A DNA stretch of 64,000 bases from Azolla caroliniana (Eukaryota; Plantae; Polypodiophyta): NCBI GenBank assembly GCA_043228905.1, contig JBHGNT010000001.1:26350001-26414000 (forward strand), given 5' to 3'. The position numbers and the translations under genes are program-made. Below the pieces are notes generated by a model. That model saw only the letters and a program-made list of their open reading frames with translations. It had not been told where the DNA came from and ran no database searches. How positions within the stretch are numbered: position 1 is the first letter of the stretch; every line of letters begins with the position of its first letter. Shown here one piece after another: positions 1-12,217 of this stretch.

Positions 1-3000
1 GACTTGGTCACGTCCGACGATCAACATGTCATCCACGTATAGGAGGAGTATCAGGAAGTCCCCTCCTTCGAACCTCTTCACAAACACGCAGTGATCGGCC
101 TGCGTCTTGTGGTACCCTTGATCGGTCATGAAGGAGTCGAACTTCCGGTACCATTGCCGGGGAGCCTGCTTCAGTCCGTACAGGCTCTTCTTCAACCGGC
201 ATACCAGGTGCTCCTTCCCTTTCTCCACAAATCCTTCCGGTTGCTGCATGTAGATCTCCTCTTCGAGGTCGCCGTGAAGGAATGCCGTCTTCACGTCCAG
301 CTGCTCTACCTCGAGGTCCATGCTTGCTGCTATACGCAGCACCGTCCGGATGGAGGTCATCTTAACTACCGGGGCAAATATCTCGTCGAAGTCCACGCCC
401 TTCTTCTGCTGGAACCTCTTCACCACGATCCTGGCTTTGTATCTCGGGGGTTTGCCGGCATCTCCCGGTTTCAACTTGTACACCCGCTTGTTTCGGAGTG
501 CCCGCTCTCCTTTCGACAGCTCCACCAATTCGTACGTATGGTTCTCATGCAGGGAATCCATCTCATCCTGCATGGCACTTAACCATTTTCGGCTGTGGGT
601 GTCTTCCTTCGCTTCTTCGAAGCTTTCCGGCTCCCCCTCATCGGTCAGCAGAACATGCTCTGCATCTGGAAATCTCCGGGGGGCCCTTCTCTCTCTGAGA
701 GGATATCTCCGTCTTCGGGCTTCGGTAACCGGCTCCTCCATTTGCTCTTCATCCGAATATGATTCGGGGTCTTGGCCGGTTCCGGTCTCAGCTTCCTCTA
801 CTTCTTCTTCTGCCGGTTCGGTATCCTCACCGTAACCGGCTGGTTCCTCGAGTGCTAACCGGTGTCTTGCCGGTTGGGTCTGCTCATCGTAGAGTCTATT
901 CTTACCGGTCGACTCGGAGTTCATTATCTTCTTCTCCGACTCCCAGTCGGCAAGCGTCTTGTCCTCCATGAAGATAATATCTCGACTCCGGAATACCTTC
1001 TTGTTGACCGGGTCCCACACTCGGTAGCCGAACTCATCGTCACCGTAACCGAGGAATATGCATGGCCGGGTCTTTGGATCTAACTTTCCTCTCCGGTCCT
1101 TTGCTACATGCACGTACGAGAGAAACCCGAACACCCTCAAATGCTGGTAGGACACTTCCTTACCGGTCCATACTCTCTGTGGCGTGTCTCCGTCCAAGGG
1201 TATTGAGGGTGATCTGTTTATCACGTATGTCGCCGTCGACAGTGCCTCAGCCCAAAACTTCTTGGGTAGTTTTGCATGCGCTAGCATACTCCGGACCCTC
1301 TCCATTATGGTCCGGTTCATCCTCTCGGCCAGTCCGTTTAGTTCCGGCGTCTTCGGCACGGTAAATTCGAGCCGGATTCCCTTTGAGCGGCAGTACTCCT
1401 CGAACTGCCCCCGGTACTCTCCTCCGTTATCTGCTCGAACTGCCTTCAGCTTCCGGCCGGTTTCTCTTTCCACTCTCGCGTGGAGCTCTTTGAAGACAGA
1501 TAACACCTGATCCTTCGTCTTCAACGGTGTGGCCCACAGCTTCCGGCGGTGGTCATCTATGAATGTCACGAAGTATTGCGATCCGGCATGTGACTTCGTG
1601 TCTACTTGACACACATCCGTATGCACCAACTCCAGTGGTGCATTACGTCTCATCGGTGGCCTTGGTCGGAAGGAGGTCCGGTTCTGCTTACCGGCCAGAC
1701 AATCAGTGCACTTCTCCAAGTGCACGTTCTTCACTGGAATGAGGTTGTCGTCTGCAAGACTCTTCATCCCCTTCTCGCTCATATGACACAGCCTCTTGTG
1801 CCACTGCTCACCGGCAGTGTCGGATGCCACGTTCACTTCTTCCGGACATAACCGGGCATTCATCAGGTACAACATGTTGACCTTCCGGGCCCGAGCCACA
1901 ATCAGGCTCCCTTTGCTGAACTTCATGACACCGTTCCGGATGCTACCTGTGTAGCCTTCATCATCTAGCCGACCGGCTGATATCAGGTTCAGACGAACTT
2001 CCGAAACATGTCGGACATCCTTCAACAACAACTTGCATCCGGTTGGTGTTGTTAGCCACACGTCTCCTATGCCGACAATTTGGCATGTACCTTCATTCCC
2101 CATCCGAACACAACCGTGGTCACCGGCTGAGTAGGATGAGAAGCATTTCCAGTCCGGGGTAAGGTGGAACGACGCTCCGGAGTCTACCACCCAGGTCATC
2201 TCGTCGCCGACAAGGTTTATCTCACTCTCCTCGGTGATGAGCATCAACTCCTCTTCACTTGCCGCGATTGCCGTCGTTCCCTTCCGGTCCGGCCCCCTCC
2301 GGTCTGTACCGTTTCGGTCTTTACCGTTCCGGTCCGGGGTTTGCTTCGAATCGGTACCGTCGGTTTCCTTGTCTTTACGGAAATGCCGACAGTTCTTTTG
2401 GAAGTGTCCCGGCTTGCCGCAATAGAAGCAAGTAGGCCTCCCCCTTAACTTTGACAGTGTCCCCGACATCTCCCGGTTCTGGGGACTACGGTTTCTATGT
2501 CTTCCGCGTTCCGATTTGGTAAGGAGCGCTTTGGAGTTGGAGCTCGTATCTTTATCCTTCCGACGCGCCTCTTCATCTAGCAAGCTCGACTTTACTCTTG
2601 CTAGGGATAACCGTTTTCCTTCCGGCCCGACGTTGCCCAAAGTGACAACCAACGTCTCCCAGCTATCCGGGAGGGAACCGAGCAGGAGTAGCGCTAGTAC
2701 CTCATCGGCAAGAGGTACTTCCAATGACGTTGCCTGGTGAATCAGCCCCTGGAAGGCATTCATGTGCTCCGCCATGCTGGAGCCAACTTGGTACCAGAGT
2801 CTTACTAGCTTCCGGAATACCGAAACCTGGTTAACAATATTTTTGTTTTGGAACATTATGCCGATCTTCTCCCAGAGCTCATGAGCCTTGCTCTCTTCAT
2901 TGAAGTTGTTGTATAGGCTCATGTCGATGAAGCACCGTATGTACGCCGTTGTCTTCATGTGCATCACCTCCCATATCGCGGCGTCGATTTTGTCCGGTCT

Positions 3001-3123
3001 CTTGTCCCTGAACTGAACCGGCAGCCAGAGGTCTTTAACCACGAGCATGTCCCTCATCTTCGACTTCCATACTGAATAGTTGGAGCCGGTGAGCTTGAAC
3101 ATGCTGCCAAATGATTCGTCCAT
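1..3123 (-). CDS. copia Gag-Pol polyprotein, open to the window edge (>=1041 codons)
   Basis: ATG at 3123 (MDESFGSMFKLTGSNYSVWKSKM) is in frame with DFLILLLYVDDMLIVG at 60-1. The ORF track lists no terminated minus-strand ORF here, consistent with a stop-free frame running off the window. Confidence 0.85.
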   Translation of the reverse strand, partial: MDESFGSMFKLTGSNYSVWKSKMRDMLVVKDLWLPVQFRDKRPDKIDAAIWEVMHMKTTAYIRCFIDMSLYNNFNEESKAHELWEKIGIMFQNKNIVNQVSVFRKLVRLWYQVGSSMAEHMNAFQGLIHQATSLEVPLADEVLALLLLGSLPDSWETLVVTLGNVGPEGKRLSLARVKSSLLDEEARRKDKDTSSNSKALLTKSERGRHRNRSPQNREMSGTLSKLRGRPTCFYCGKPGHFQKNCRHFRKDKETDGTDSKQTPDRNGKDRNGTDRRGPDRKGTTAIAASEEELMLITEESEINLVGDEMTWVVDSGASFHLTPDWKCFSSYSAGDHGCVRMGNEGTCQIVGIGDVWLTTPTGCKLLLKDVRHVSEVRLNLISAGRLDDEGYTGSIRNGVMKFSKGSLIVARARKVNMLYLMNARLCPEEVNVASDTAGEQWHKRLCHMSEKGMKSLADDNLIPVKNVHLEKCTDCLAGKQNRTSFRPRPPMRRNAPLELVHTDVCQVDTKSHAGSQYFVTFIDDHRRKLWATPLKTKDQVLSVFKELHARVERETGRKLKAVRADNGGEYRGQFEEYCRSKGIRLEFTVPKTPELNGLAERMNRTIMERVRSMLAHAKLPKKFWAEALSTATYVINRSPSIPLDGDTPQRVWTGKEVSYQHLRVFGFLSYVHVAKDRRGKLDPKTRPCIFLGYGDDEFGYRVWDPVNKKVFRSRDIIFMEDKTLADWESEKKIMNSESTGKNRLYDEQTQPARHRLALEEPAGYGEDTEPAEEEVEEAETGTGQDPESYSDEEQMEEPVTEARRRRYPLRERRAPRRFPDAEHVLLTDEGEPESFEEAKEDTHSRKWLSAMQDEMDSLHENHTYELVELSKGERALRNKRVYKLKPGDAGKPPRYKARIVVKRFQQKKGVDFDEIFAPVVKMTSIRTVLRIAASMDLEVEQLDVKTAFLHGDLEEEIYMQQPEGFVEKGKEHLVCRLKKSLYGLKQAPRQWYRKFDSFMTDQGYHKTQADHCVFVKRFEGGDFLILLLYVDDMLIVGRDQV

Positions 3124-3153
3124 TTTCTGTGTCGATTTCGCTCTGATACCACT

Positions 3154-3842
3154 TGAAGGGAACCCAACGTTCCTTATGTCCAACCCTCGGCCACAACCGA
3201 GCTTAGAATGATACACAGAAAAACGGGAAATAAAACGCGACACAAAGAAGGAGAGAAGATACACACACACTACACAGGAGGTTTACGTGGAAAACCCCAA
3301 ACTAGGGGAAAAACCACGGCAGCCCACAGGCTACAAACTGTCACTATGTATGAATGTACAAAACAGTGAGTTCTCGGAGGCAACGACCTCGGACTCACGC
3401 TCTTTGCCACAGGCGGCGGTTACAACAGAGGCAACGACCTCTTTCTCTCTCTCTCTCTGTACAGTTATGCACTCTCTCTTTTTCTTGCACCAACAAAGAA
3501 AAAATGACAACAACAACAACTGTTACTAAAAGTTTGCCCTAAGTCATATTTATACTAATATGACTTTTCGGCTATTTACAAATGTAGCCTCGATGGGCTC
3601 TCAGAAACATATTTACGAATATGTCTCTTCATCCGGTTCTCACTGGGTCTGTACCATCCGGCTCTCCGTAGCCGGGTACTCCTCATCCGGTTCATACCGG
3701 ACCTGCACCACCCGGCTCTCCGTAGCCGGGTACTCCTCATCCGGTTCATACCGGGCCTGCACCATCCGGCTCTCCGTAGCCGGGTACTCCTCATATGGTT
3801 TCTTCTTCTCCCTTCCCATCCGGAGGGACCTGTCTCTCAACA
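3154..3842 (-). repeat. 5' LTR of Copia-1
   Basis: Adjoins the PBS and has TG/CA termini. Shares blocks (cccatccggagggacc, gtggaaaaccc...aaaaccacgg) with the Copia-5 LTRs and the solo LTR at 39034-39651. Confidence 0.9.
3629..3794. repeat. 3 x 54-bp tandem repeat in U3 of the Copia-1 LTR
   Basis: gctctccgtagccgggtactcctcat recurs at 3661, 3715 and 3769. Confidence 0.9.
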
Positions 3843-6826
3843 GAACATCCCATCGTTTTGGGATTACCATGGTTCGAGTTACATAACCTAGACATAGATT
3901 GGAGAACAAGAGAAATCCAGTGTCGACAAACCCGAGGATCTACTCAGAAGATTGCCACCATTTCACTACATCAGTTGCGGGAAGGACGCAAGGAAGAAAT
4001 GTTTCTCTTCGCAATATCACTAAAACCCTCCGACACCATTAAAGAGGAGTCCACCGTTCAGCTTCCAAAGAAGTATCATCATTATGCCGATGTATTCGAT
4101 AAAGTACGAGCCAATACCCTTCCTCACCATCGACCATATGATTGCCCCATCGATTTACAACTGGGGAAAGAGCCACCATGGGGACCGATCTACAATTTGT
4201 CACCAACCGAGCTATAAGTCCTTCGAGCCTATATAGAAGAGAACTTGGAGAATGGATTTATTCGACATTCGAAATCTCCAGCCGGCACACCCATTTTCTT
4301 CATCAAGAAAAAGGATGGCTCACTTCGTCTGGTGGTAGATTACCGTGGCTTGAATAAAGTTACAATCCGCAATAGGTATGCACTTCCCCTTATCTCAAGT
4401 CTTTTAGAACGGATCAATGGTGCCAGGTTCTTCTAAAGATCGACTTACGGGGGGGCCTATAACCTCGTACGGATCCGACTAGGAGATGAATGGAAGACCG
4501 CTTTCCGCACTAGATATGGGCACTTCGAGTATACGGTCATGCCGTTCGGCCTCACTAATGCGCCAGCCGTCTTCCAGCACATGGCAAATGATATATTCTG
4601 AGATCTCTTGGATGTGTGTCTGATCATCTACTTGGATGATCTACTGGTTTATTCAAAGACCGAAGAAGAGCATGATTCTCATGTACTGTTAGTACTAAAA
4701 CGACTTCGAGAACATGGTCTTTACGCAAAGCTAGAAAAATGTAGTTTTGGGTGCAACCAGGTGGAATTTCTCAGCTACGTCATTTCCTCAGAAGGCATCT
4801 CCATGGACCCAGCTAAGGTCAAGACGGTGGTAGAATGGCAGGCTCCGCGCTCGGTGTGGGATGTGCAATGCTTTTTAGGGTTTGCCAATTTTTACCGGAA
4901 GTTTATACAAGATTACTCAAAGCTCGTTCTGCCTCTCACACAACTTACCAGGAAGGGACAATCGTTCGTTTGGTCTGAAGAAGCAGATATGGCTTTTGAG
5001 AGTCTGAAAAAGGCATTTACATCGGCTCCAATTCTAGCTCATGTTGATCCGGAACTACCATTCATTATCGAAGCTGACGCATCGGATTTCGCATTGGGGA
5101 GCATTCTGTCACAACGGGGTCATGATGAGAAGCTACATCCTATGGCTTTTCACTCACGCAAGTTTGACGCCGCCGAAATCAATTATGAAATTCATGATAA
5201 GGAGCTATTGGCAATAGTGAACTCGTTTATGCAATGGAGGCATTTTTTAGAGGGATCCTCTCATCAAGTCACCGTATTCAGTGATCATAAAAACCTTGCC
5301 TACTTTCAGGATGCTCGAGTGTTAAATCGACGTCAAGCTCGGTGGGCCCATTTCCTCACGCGTTTCGACTTCAAAATTACATATCATCCGGGGAAGCACC
5401 AAGGGAAGATAGATGCATTATCACGGCGTTCGTATCTAACACCGCGTCTCGGCGAGCCGGCTTTTGATAACCAAAAGGAAGTAATCTTGGGACCGGCACA
5501 ACTGCAAGCAACACAGGTTTTTGGCATGCCCATGGATTCCCATGTTATCAATATCATACGTGCGGACCTGAAGACAGATGCTTTCGCCCAAGCTATACTA
5601 GCACAGATTGATCCCTCTCGAGCGTCGTGTTCACAATCACAATCACCAGGTACGGACTATCGGCAATTCAAATACCATGATGGATTACTCTTCTTTAAAG
5701 AACTTTTATATGTTCCTAATGGTTCTTGCCGCCTTCGAGTAGTACAAAACTATCATGACACATATACAACTGGGCATTTTGGTAGTACTAAAACATTAGA
5801 TTTAGTACAACGATCATTATGGTGGCCCCGTATGCGACAATTTGTCGAAGATTTTGTTCGGACTTGTGATACATGCTGCAGAGCGAAAATGCCGAGGCAT
5901 CACCCCTATGGTTTATTAGAACCATTACCAATTCCAAGCAAGCCATGGCAATCCATTGCTCTCGACTTCATCATAGATCTTCCAGTCTCTAAGGGGTTGA
6001 ATGCGATTCTAACAGTGGTAGATCGATATACGAAGATGGCTCATTTCTTGCCATGTACTAAGGAAATCTCCAGTGAAGACACCGCCGAAATTGTCATGCG
6101 TGAAGTATGTCGGCATCATGGACTCTCCGATAGTATCGTCAGCGATCGTGAACCCCAGTTCGTGTCAAAATTCTGGAAGCACCTTTTTAAAATGCTCAAG
6201 GTTACTTGTAACCTCTCCTCCGGTTACCACCCACAAACCGATGGCCAAGCCGAACGAACAAATCAAACGCTGGAGTAGTATTTGGGGTGCTTTCTCAGCT
6301 ATCATCAAGATAACTGGGTAGATATTCTCCACCTCGCCGAATTTGCCTATAATAACTCTATCCACGCATCGACTAAAGTTTCACCATTTTATGCTTATAC
6401 GGGATGTCACCCTCGGTGGAGTGTACTTGCAACCCCAGAGGTGTCCATAAATCCTTGCGCGGAGGATCGTTTGGAGCAGTTACGCAAGATACAAGCAGAT
6501 TTATCTACTCATCTCCAGCAAGCTCAACAAACACACAAGGTGTACGCGGATCGTCATCGACTTCCATCTAGTTTTAACATTGGAGATCGGGTGTGGCTGC
6601 TACAACGACACATCAAGACTACTCGCCCATGTGAGAAGTTGGATTATCGGCGATTAGGTCCTTTCCGTATTATCGGGAAGATTAATGATGTCGCTTTTCG
6701 TCTCGATCTACCTCCTCAACTTCGGATACATCCGGTGTTTCATAGTTCTCTCCTTGAACCCTATCACGAGAGCACCATCCCAGGACGTATTATACAACCT
6801 CCACCCCCGATCGAGCTTGAAGATGA
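3843..6826 (+). mobile_element. Ty3/gypsy chromovirus-like element 'chromovirus-A' (Tcn1-like), degraded pol fragment
   Basis: Protease end, RT (YLDD), RNase H (EADASDFALG) and integrase (GHFG...CDTC, GPF motif), with several stops and frameshifts. Closely related to chromovirus-C. Ends abruptly just before the chromodomain (PPPIELEDE). Confidence 0.9.
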
Positions 6827-7958
6827 AAGGAAAAATAGATTTGGAGGATCTCAAACATGCTGATCGGAATGTGCGACGAGTAACCGGATGGTCGGATCCA
6901 GTCGATGATAACACAAGCTTTGCGGAGGTTGTGTGTGACAACTATGAGGCTCTTGTCCACGAGGGTAGCTTGAATATCATCGAGGCATCTTGATGGAGGA
7001 AGCTGAAGTCAACACAAAATATAAAACGGTGGATAAGAAGATCAAGCCAGTTGTGGTTCCGCTACCGGAAGATAGCTGGCAGAAGATGAAGGAAGTTGCT
7101 AATGATCCGAGCTTAAGGGATCCAAAGGCAATAGGTCATGTCTTCACCAAAGAGACAAAAGGAAAGCTACAAGTTAGAAGGGAAGATTTCCTTCTCCCCG
7201 AAGAGGAGAGAATGTTCCGTAGAATGCTTGAGAGACATGGGAAAGCCTTTGCCTTCTCTCCACAAGAGATTGGATGTGCCGACCCGAAGATGATAGAGCC
7301 GATGATGATTTTTATGGTGCCGCATGTACCTTGGAACTTCAACCCGATACCAGTTCCAAGAGCTCACATTCCAATGTTGATTGAGCTTCTAAAGGAGAAG
7401 GTTAGGATGGTGTTGAGAATCAAGCTCAACTTGGTCTAGTGTGTGAACTCACCTTGAGAGTGAAGAGACACTCCAACGGTCAAGAGTCACCATTATGTCA
7501 CCACTTTGTATTCTAGCATTTAGTATGAGTCATAGAATCATATTCTATGACACATAACTTATGAGCTTTCACATTCCCCATGCTCCATGAGGCTTGTAGT
7601 TAATGAAGAGAGAGGGTGACTACATAAAGCACCCTCCTCCCACCTTGTATAAGGTTAAGTCTTTCTCCTTTGCTAATATACTTAACCTTGCGTATACTCT
7701 GTGTCTCTCTCTCCCTATCTCATACACACACACACACACACACCCATAGTTCACACCCATTCCGCTTCACAAGAATCCATATCTTGATTCTTTACATGGT
7801 ATTAGAGCGATTTGGTAGCTCGATCTAGCCCATTCGCCTCATCGTGATCGTGTGTTGTGCTCCACGCCGACGACCAAGAACCGGCTCATCGCTATTGTAG
7901 CTTCGCTACATAGTTCACATTCGAAGAGAGAAGAAGAAGAAGAAGAAGAATCGACATA

Positions 7959-10664
7959 ATGAATACTCAAATGGGGAGCGCTCTCCTTACCGAGAAGTTG
8001 GATCGAAACAACTTCGCATCTTGGGAGTACAAGATGCACCAATACCTTGTCAGACAAGGCTATTGGAGCTACATCAAAGGAGCGCATGAAGACCGACCCG
8101 CCGAAGCGGCTCCCGGATACGCGACATGGGAGAAAGCTGCAAGCCGCATGATGTATTGTTTGGTGACATGTGTTCACGACCACATGCTCGGTTACATTCG
8201 AGAAGCCAAGACGCCGAAGGAAGCGTGGGAAAATCTACGAAAGATTTTCGCCGCCAACACGACCGCAAGGAAGCTTCAACTTCACCAAGAGTTGAACAAC
8301 ATTCAACAAAGGGACATGTCCATCACGACATACACCTTGAAAATCAAGGAACTTTGCGACTCGCTCGGCTCAATAAGCATAAGTATAGATGATGATGAGA
8401 TGGTGCAAATATGCCTCGACGGCCTCGCACCATGGTTCGGCGTGATGCGAACCGCCGTTCTAGCACGGGAGAAATCTCCCTCCTTCGAGCTCCAATCAAT
8501 GCTATTGGTCGAAGAAAACCACGTGCGTACAAGGAGCAATGAGTCGGAAGGCCACATGCTCTACGCGCACTCTAATGGAGGAAGAGGACGTGGACGAGCG
8601 AGAGGCCGATTCGGCCAAGGACAAGGCGGACGAGGTCCGACCTACGACAACAACTCCCAATTTCGGCCGCAAAACGGAGGCCAACGAGGAACCTTCGCGA
8701 GAAGGAGGAGCTTCCACTCCGGCCCGAGCCGTCAAAACGCAACCGAATGCGGATATTGCAGAAAGCTCGGCCTCCACGAAGAAGAGTGCCGAAAGAAGAT
8801 GAGTGAATCGGCTTCCACAAGCCGACAACTCACGAATTACGCGCAGAATTCCGACTCCGACTACGAGGATCGTGGCGGAATGTATGCATACAACTCCAAC
8901 CGTGGCGGAATGTTCATGATGAAACATAGAGCAAAGTCTATGTCGGCCTCTACCTCAACTAGTGCCCTCAATCCGGAGGACGTATGGTTTGTTGACTCCG
9001 GAGCCTCAAACCATATGACATCCCACAAAGAATGGTTTCTCGAACTTCGAGAGCCGGAGCAACCCGGTTATGTCGAAACCGGAGATGACACTACGCACCC
9101 GATTCGGCACATCGGCAATGTTCCATTCGGCAAAAGAGGTAAGCAAACATACATTAAAAATGTCTTGCATGTACCCACCATCACAAAGAATTTGGTCTCG
9201 GTCGGCCAAATGGTTGAGCAAGGGATGCAAGTACGATTCGACCAAGAAGGGTGTTTTATCGAAAAAGAAGGCCGAATCATCGCACGTGGTAGAAGAGAGC
9301 GCCGGATGTTCATTCTTGATTCGCTCGAGATGAAATCCGCCATGTTCGCGAAAAGCACGAAAGCCGAATCCGACATAGAGCTATGGCATAAGCGAATCGG
9401 CCACATCAATCTCAACAAACTCAAAGCAATGAAATCGAAAGGAGTCGCCATCGGACTCCCGACATTCAAAGAGAAGGAGATTGAAGGTGTATGCGAAGCG
9501 TGCCAATTCGGCAAGCAACACCGACACCCATTTCCGAAGGAGTGGAATGTGAGCAAAGGCGTACTCGACGTAATTCATTCCGATGTATGGGGTCCGGCTC
9601 AAACGGCGACATTCGGCGGATGCCGATATTACGTGCTCTTCATCGAAGACTTTTCTAGGCACACTTGGATCTACCCGATGTGGCAAAAGAGCGAGAATGA
9701 AGTTGAGAAAGCCACGGGCCGACATGTACGATGCCTTCGATCGGATGGTGGCAAGGAGTACTTCTCGGATGATTTCACGACGTATCTCCAAAAGGAAGGA
9801 ATTCGACGAGAATTCACTTGCCGACACACTCCGCAACAAAACAGAGTAACCGAGCGCAAAAATCGGCAAATCCTCGAAGTAGTGCGGGCCATGATGAACG
9901 AGAAGCATATGCCCAAGTCATATTGGGCCGAAGCGGCAAATACGTCCGTCTACCTAATGAACCGGTGCACAACATCCGGCGTGCACGAGGTCACTCCGCG
10001 CGAAAGATTCTTCGGAAAGAAGCCGAACCTATCACATGTTCAGATATTCGGCTCCAATGTGTACGTGCACATCCCCGACGAGAAGCGTCAAAAGCTTGAC
10101 CCGAAGTCGGAGAAATGTATCCTCGTAGGATACTCACTGGAGCAAAAGGGGTACAAGTGCTATAACCCCTCAACTCGAATATCTCGGGTAAGTCGAGACG
10201 TCGTCTTTGACGAGTCCGCATCCTGGTACGCACCAGTGACAGCTTCGACTCCGACCCTGCTCGACCCGGCATCCACCGAACAAGAGATAGAGGATGAAGA
10301 TCACCTTACGCGCATATTCGAAGAAAGTCCTATCACGACCCGACTGAGCGGACCACAAGAACCTTTGAGTGATCAAAGCACATCACGGCCTAGCCCGAAG
10401 ATGGACAAAGGCAAGGCGAAAATGGCGGAATATGAAGACGATCGCTTCGACGACGATGAATCGACTCACTCACTCGACAGTGAGTTCGGTGGTTTCGAGG
10501 TACCAATCGGAGCTAAGAAAGCCCTCATCTCTGCAAATGAAAAACTCCGCCGATCCACCCGTGAAAAGAACCCCGTAAGCCGATTCGGCTACAACGATTA
10601 TATGGCGTACCATTACGCCTTTATGATGAAGGTAGCGACAGTACAGGAACCGGAAACCTTTTAG
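7959..10664 (+). CDS. copia Gag-protease-integrase polyprotein (ends at a premature TAG before RT)
   Basis: 901-aa ORF containing gag, WFVDSGAS protease, GAG-pre-integrase (LWHKRIGH) and rve core (HSDVWGP, RSDGGKEY). Confidence 0.9.
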   Translation: MNTQMGSALLTEKLDRNNFASWEYKMHQYLVRQGYWSYIKGAHEDRPAEAAPGYATWEKAASRMMYCLVTCVHDHMLGYIREAKTPKEAWENLRKIFAANTTARKLQLHQELNNIQQRDMSITTYTLKIKELCDSLGSISISIDDDEMVQICLDGLAPWFGVMRTAVLAREKSPSFELQSMLLVEENHVRTRSNESEGHMLYAHSNGGRGRGRARGRFGQGQGGRGPTYDNNSQFRPQNGGQRGTFARRRSFHSGPSRQNATECGYCRKLGLHEEECRKKMSESASTSRQLTNYAQNSDSDYEDRGGMYAYNSNRGGMFMMKHRAKSMSASTSTSALNPEDVWFVDSGASNHMTSHKEWFLELREPEQPGYVETGDDTTHPIRHIGNVPFGKRGKQTYIKNVLHVPTITKNLVSVGQMVEQGMQVRFDQEGCFIEKEGRIIARGRRERRMFILDSLEMKSAMFAKSTKAESDIELWHKRIGHINLNKLKAMKSKGVAIGLPTFKEKEIEGVCEACQFGKQHRHPFPKEWNVSKGVLDVIHSDVWGPAQTATFGGCRYYVLFIEDFSRHTWIYPMWQKSENEVEKATGRHVRCLRSDGGKEYFSDDFTTYLQKEGIRREFTCRHTPQQNRVTERKNRQILEVVRAMMNEKHMPKSYWAEAANTSVYLMNRCTTSGVHEVTPRERFFGKKPNLSHVQIFGSNVYVHIPDEKRQKLDPKSEKCILVGYSLEQKGYKCYNPSTRISRVSRDVVFDESASWYAPVTASTPTLLDPASTEQEIEDEDHLTRIFEESPITTRLSGPQEPLSDQSTSRPSPKMDKGKAKMAEYEDDRFDDDESTHSLDSEFGGFEVPIGAKKALISANEKLRRSTREKNPVSRFGYNDYMAYHYAFMMKVATVQEPETF

Positions 10665-12217
10665 GAAGCCGCGAAGGACCCGTGATGGATCGAAGCAATG
10701 AACGAGGAGATGCAGGCACTACGGAAGAACGAGACGTGGGATCTCGTTCCCACCTCACCACACAAAAAGGCGATGGGATGCAGATGGATCTACAAGGTGA
10801 AGTATAACGCTGATGGCTCCGTAAACCGCTACAAAGCTCGACTCGTAGCGAAAGGATATGCCCAAACGCATGGAGTTGACTACGAGGAGACCTTTGCCCC
10901 GGTGGGAAAAGATGACGATGGTACGGACCGTAATTGCGCTTGCCGCGGCGAAAGGGTGGCACCTCCATCAAATGGACGTCAAGAACGCCTTTCTACAAGG
11001 CGAATTAGACGAGGAGGTGTACATGATCCAACCACCCGACTTCAACTCGAGCACCCATTCGAAAGTCGTATGCTGACTCAAGAAGCCACTCTACGGCCTC
11101 AAGCAAGCACCGCGTGCTTGGCATTCGAAGATAACGCAATATCTTCATCAAATCGGCTTTCGTATGTCAAAATCGGACAACTCCATCTACATACGAAGCG
11201 ATTCTGCAAGTCCGATCGTCATCATTTTATATGTGGATGACCTAGTCATTGGAGGTGAGCATCTCGTCGAAATCGATAAAATCAAATTCCTCCTTTTTGA
11301 CAAGTTCGAGATGACGGACATGAAGGAGCTCCACTACTTCCTCGGCATCGAGGTAATTCGGACTCCGACCGGAATCATGATCTCTCAATGACGCTACATC
11401 CTCAACTTGTTATACAAGTTCGGGATGGCTGAGTGCAAATCCATGGCAACCCCACTCGATCGCAATCTCAAACTAGATGCGAACTCTGACACCAAAGTGT
11501 GTGAGCCGATTCAGTATCGGCAACTCATCGGGAGTCTCATCTACCTCACGATCACACGACCCGATCTTAGTTATCCAATCGGTCTCCTTAGCCAATTCAT
11601 GCAAACACCGCGTGATACTCACTTGGATTGCGCTAAGCGAGTTCTACGATACGTGAGCGGCACAATGGATTGTGGCATCCTCTACAAGACCGCGATGCCA
11701 ATACGACTTGAGGGGTACACAGACGCCGATTGGGCTGGTTACAAAGTTGATAGAAGATCAACCTCCGGATTTGTTTTCTCCCTTGGCAGCGGAGCAATAT
11801 CCTGGAGTAGCAAGAAGTAGCCCACCGTCGCTCTTTCGAGTACGGAGGCGGAATACAAGGGCGCAGCCGTAGCTGCGTGTGAAGCTGTATGGCTCAAGAG
11901 GATTTTGAAGGATCTGGGCGTACCCATCAAAGGATCCGGCTTCCCTTTACTGCGACAACATGAGCAGTATCTATTTGGCTCGGAACCCGGTGTTTCATGC
12001 GCGGACAAAGCACATCGAAGTGCATTATCACTTCATCCGAGAGCGCGTTCTGGCTGGCGATGTCAACCTACAACACATTAGCACCAATCTTCAAACGGCC
12101 GACATCTTCACCAAAGCCTTAGGAGCCGACCAGCTATGGCAATTCATGACCAATCTCGGATTGACGATCCCTGACCTGCCAAGCTTGAGGGGGAGTACTG
12201 AAGACACTATGCAATAA
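10665..12217 (+). pseudogene. copia RT and RNase H of Copia-2, broken by stops and frameshifts
   Basis: ORF pieces with [32 protein letters not shown] and KHIEVHYHF. Confidence 0.9.

Larger units (their letters stand above)
1..3842 (-). mobile_element. Ty1/copia LTR retrotransposon 'Copia-1' (5' part; continues off the left edge)
   Basis: 5' LTR 3154-3842 (TG...CA) and PBS TGGTATCAGAGC (tRNA-iMet) at 3140-3151. Minus-strand order is gag, CCHC knuckle, protease (WVVDSGAS), integrase, RT (LYVDD at the window start). Inserted into the protease of chromovirus-A, which resumes at 3843 with EHPIVLG. Confidence 0.95.

Noticed and set aside
91-2740. Plus-strand ORFs in the track
   Set aside because: They are antisense shadows of the Copia-1 polyprotein.
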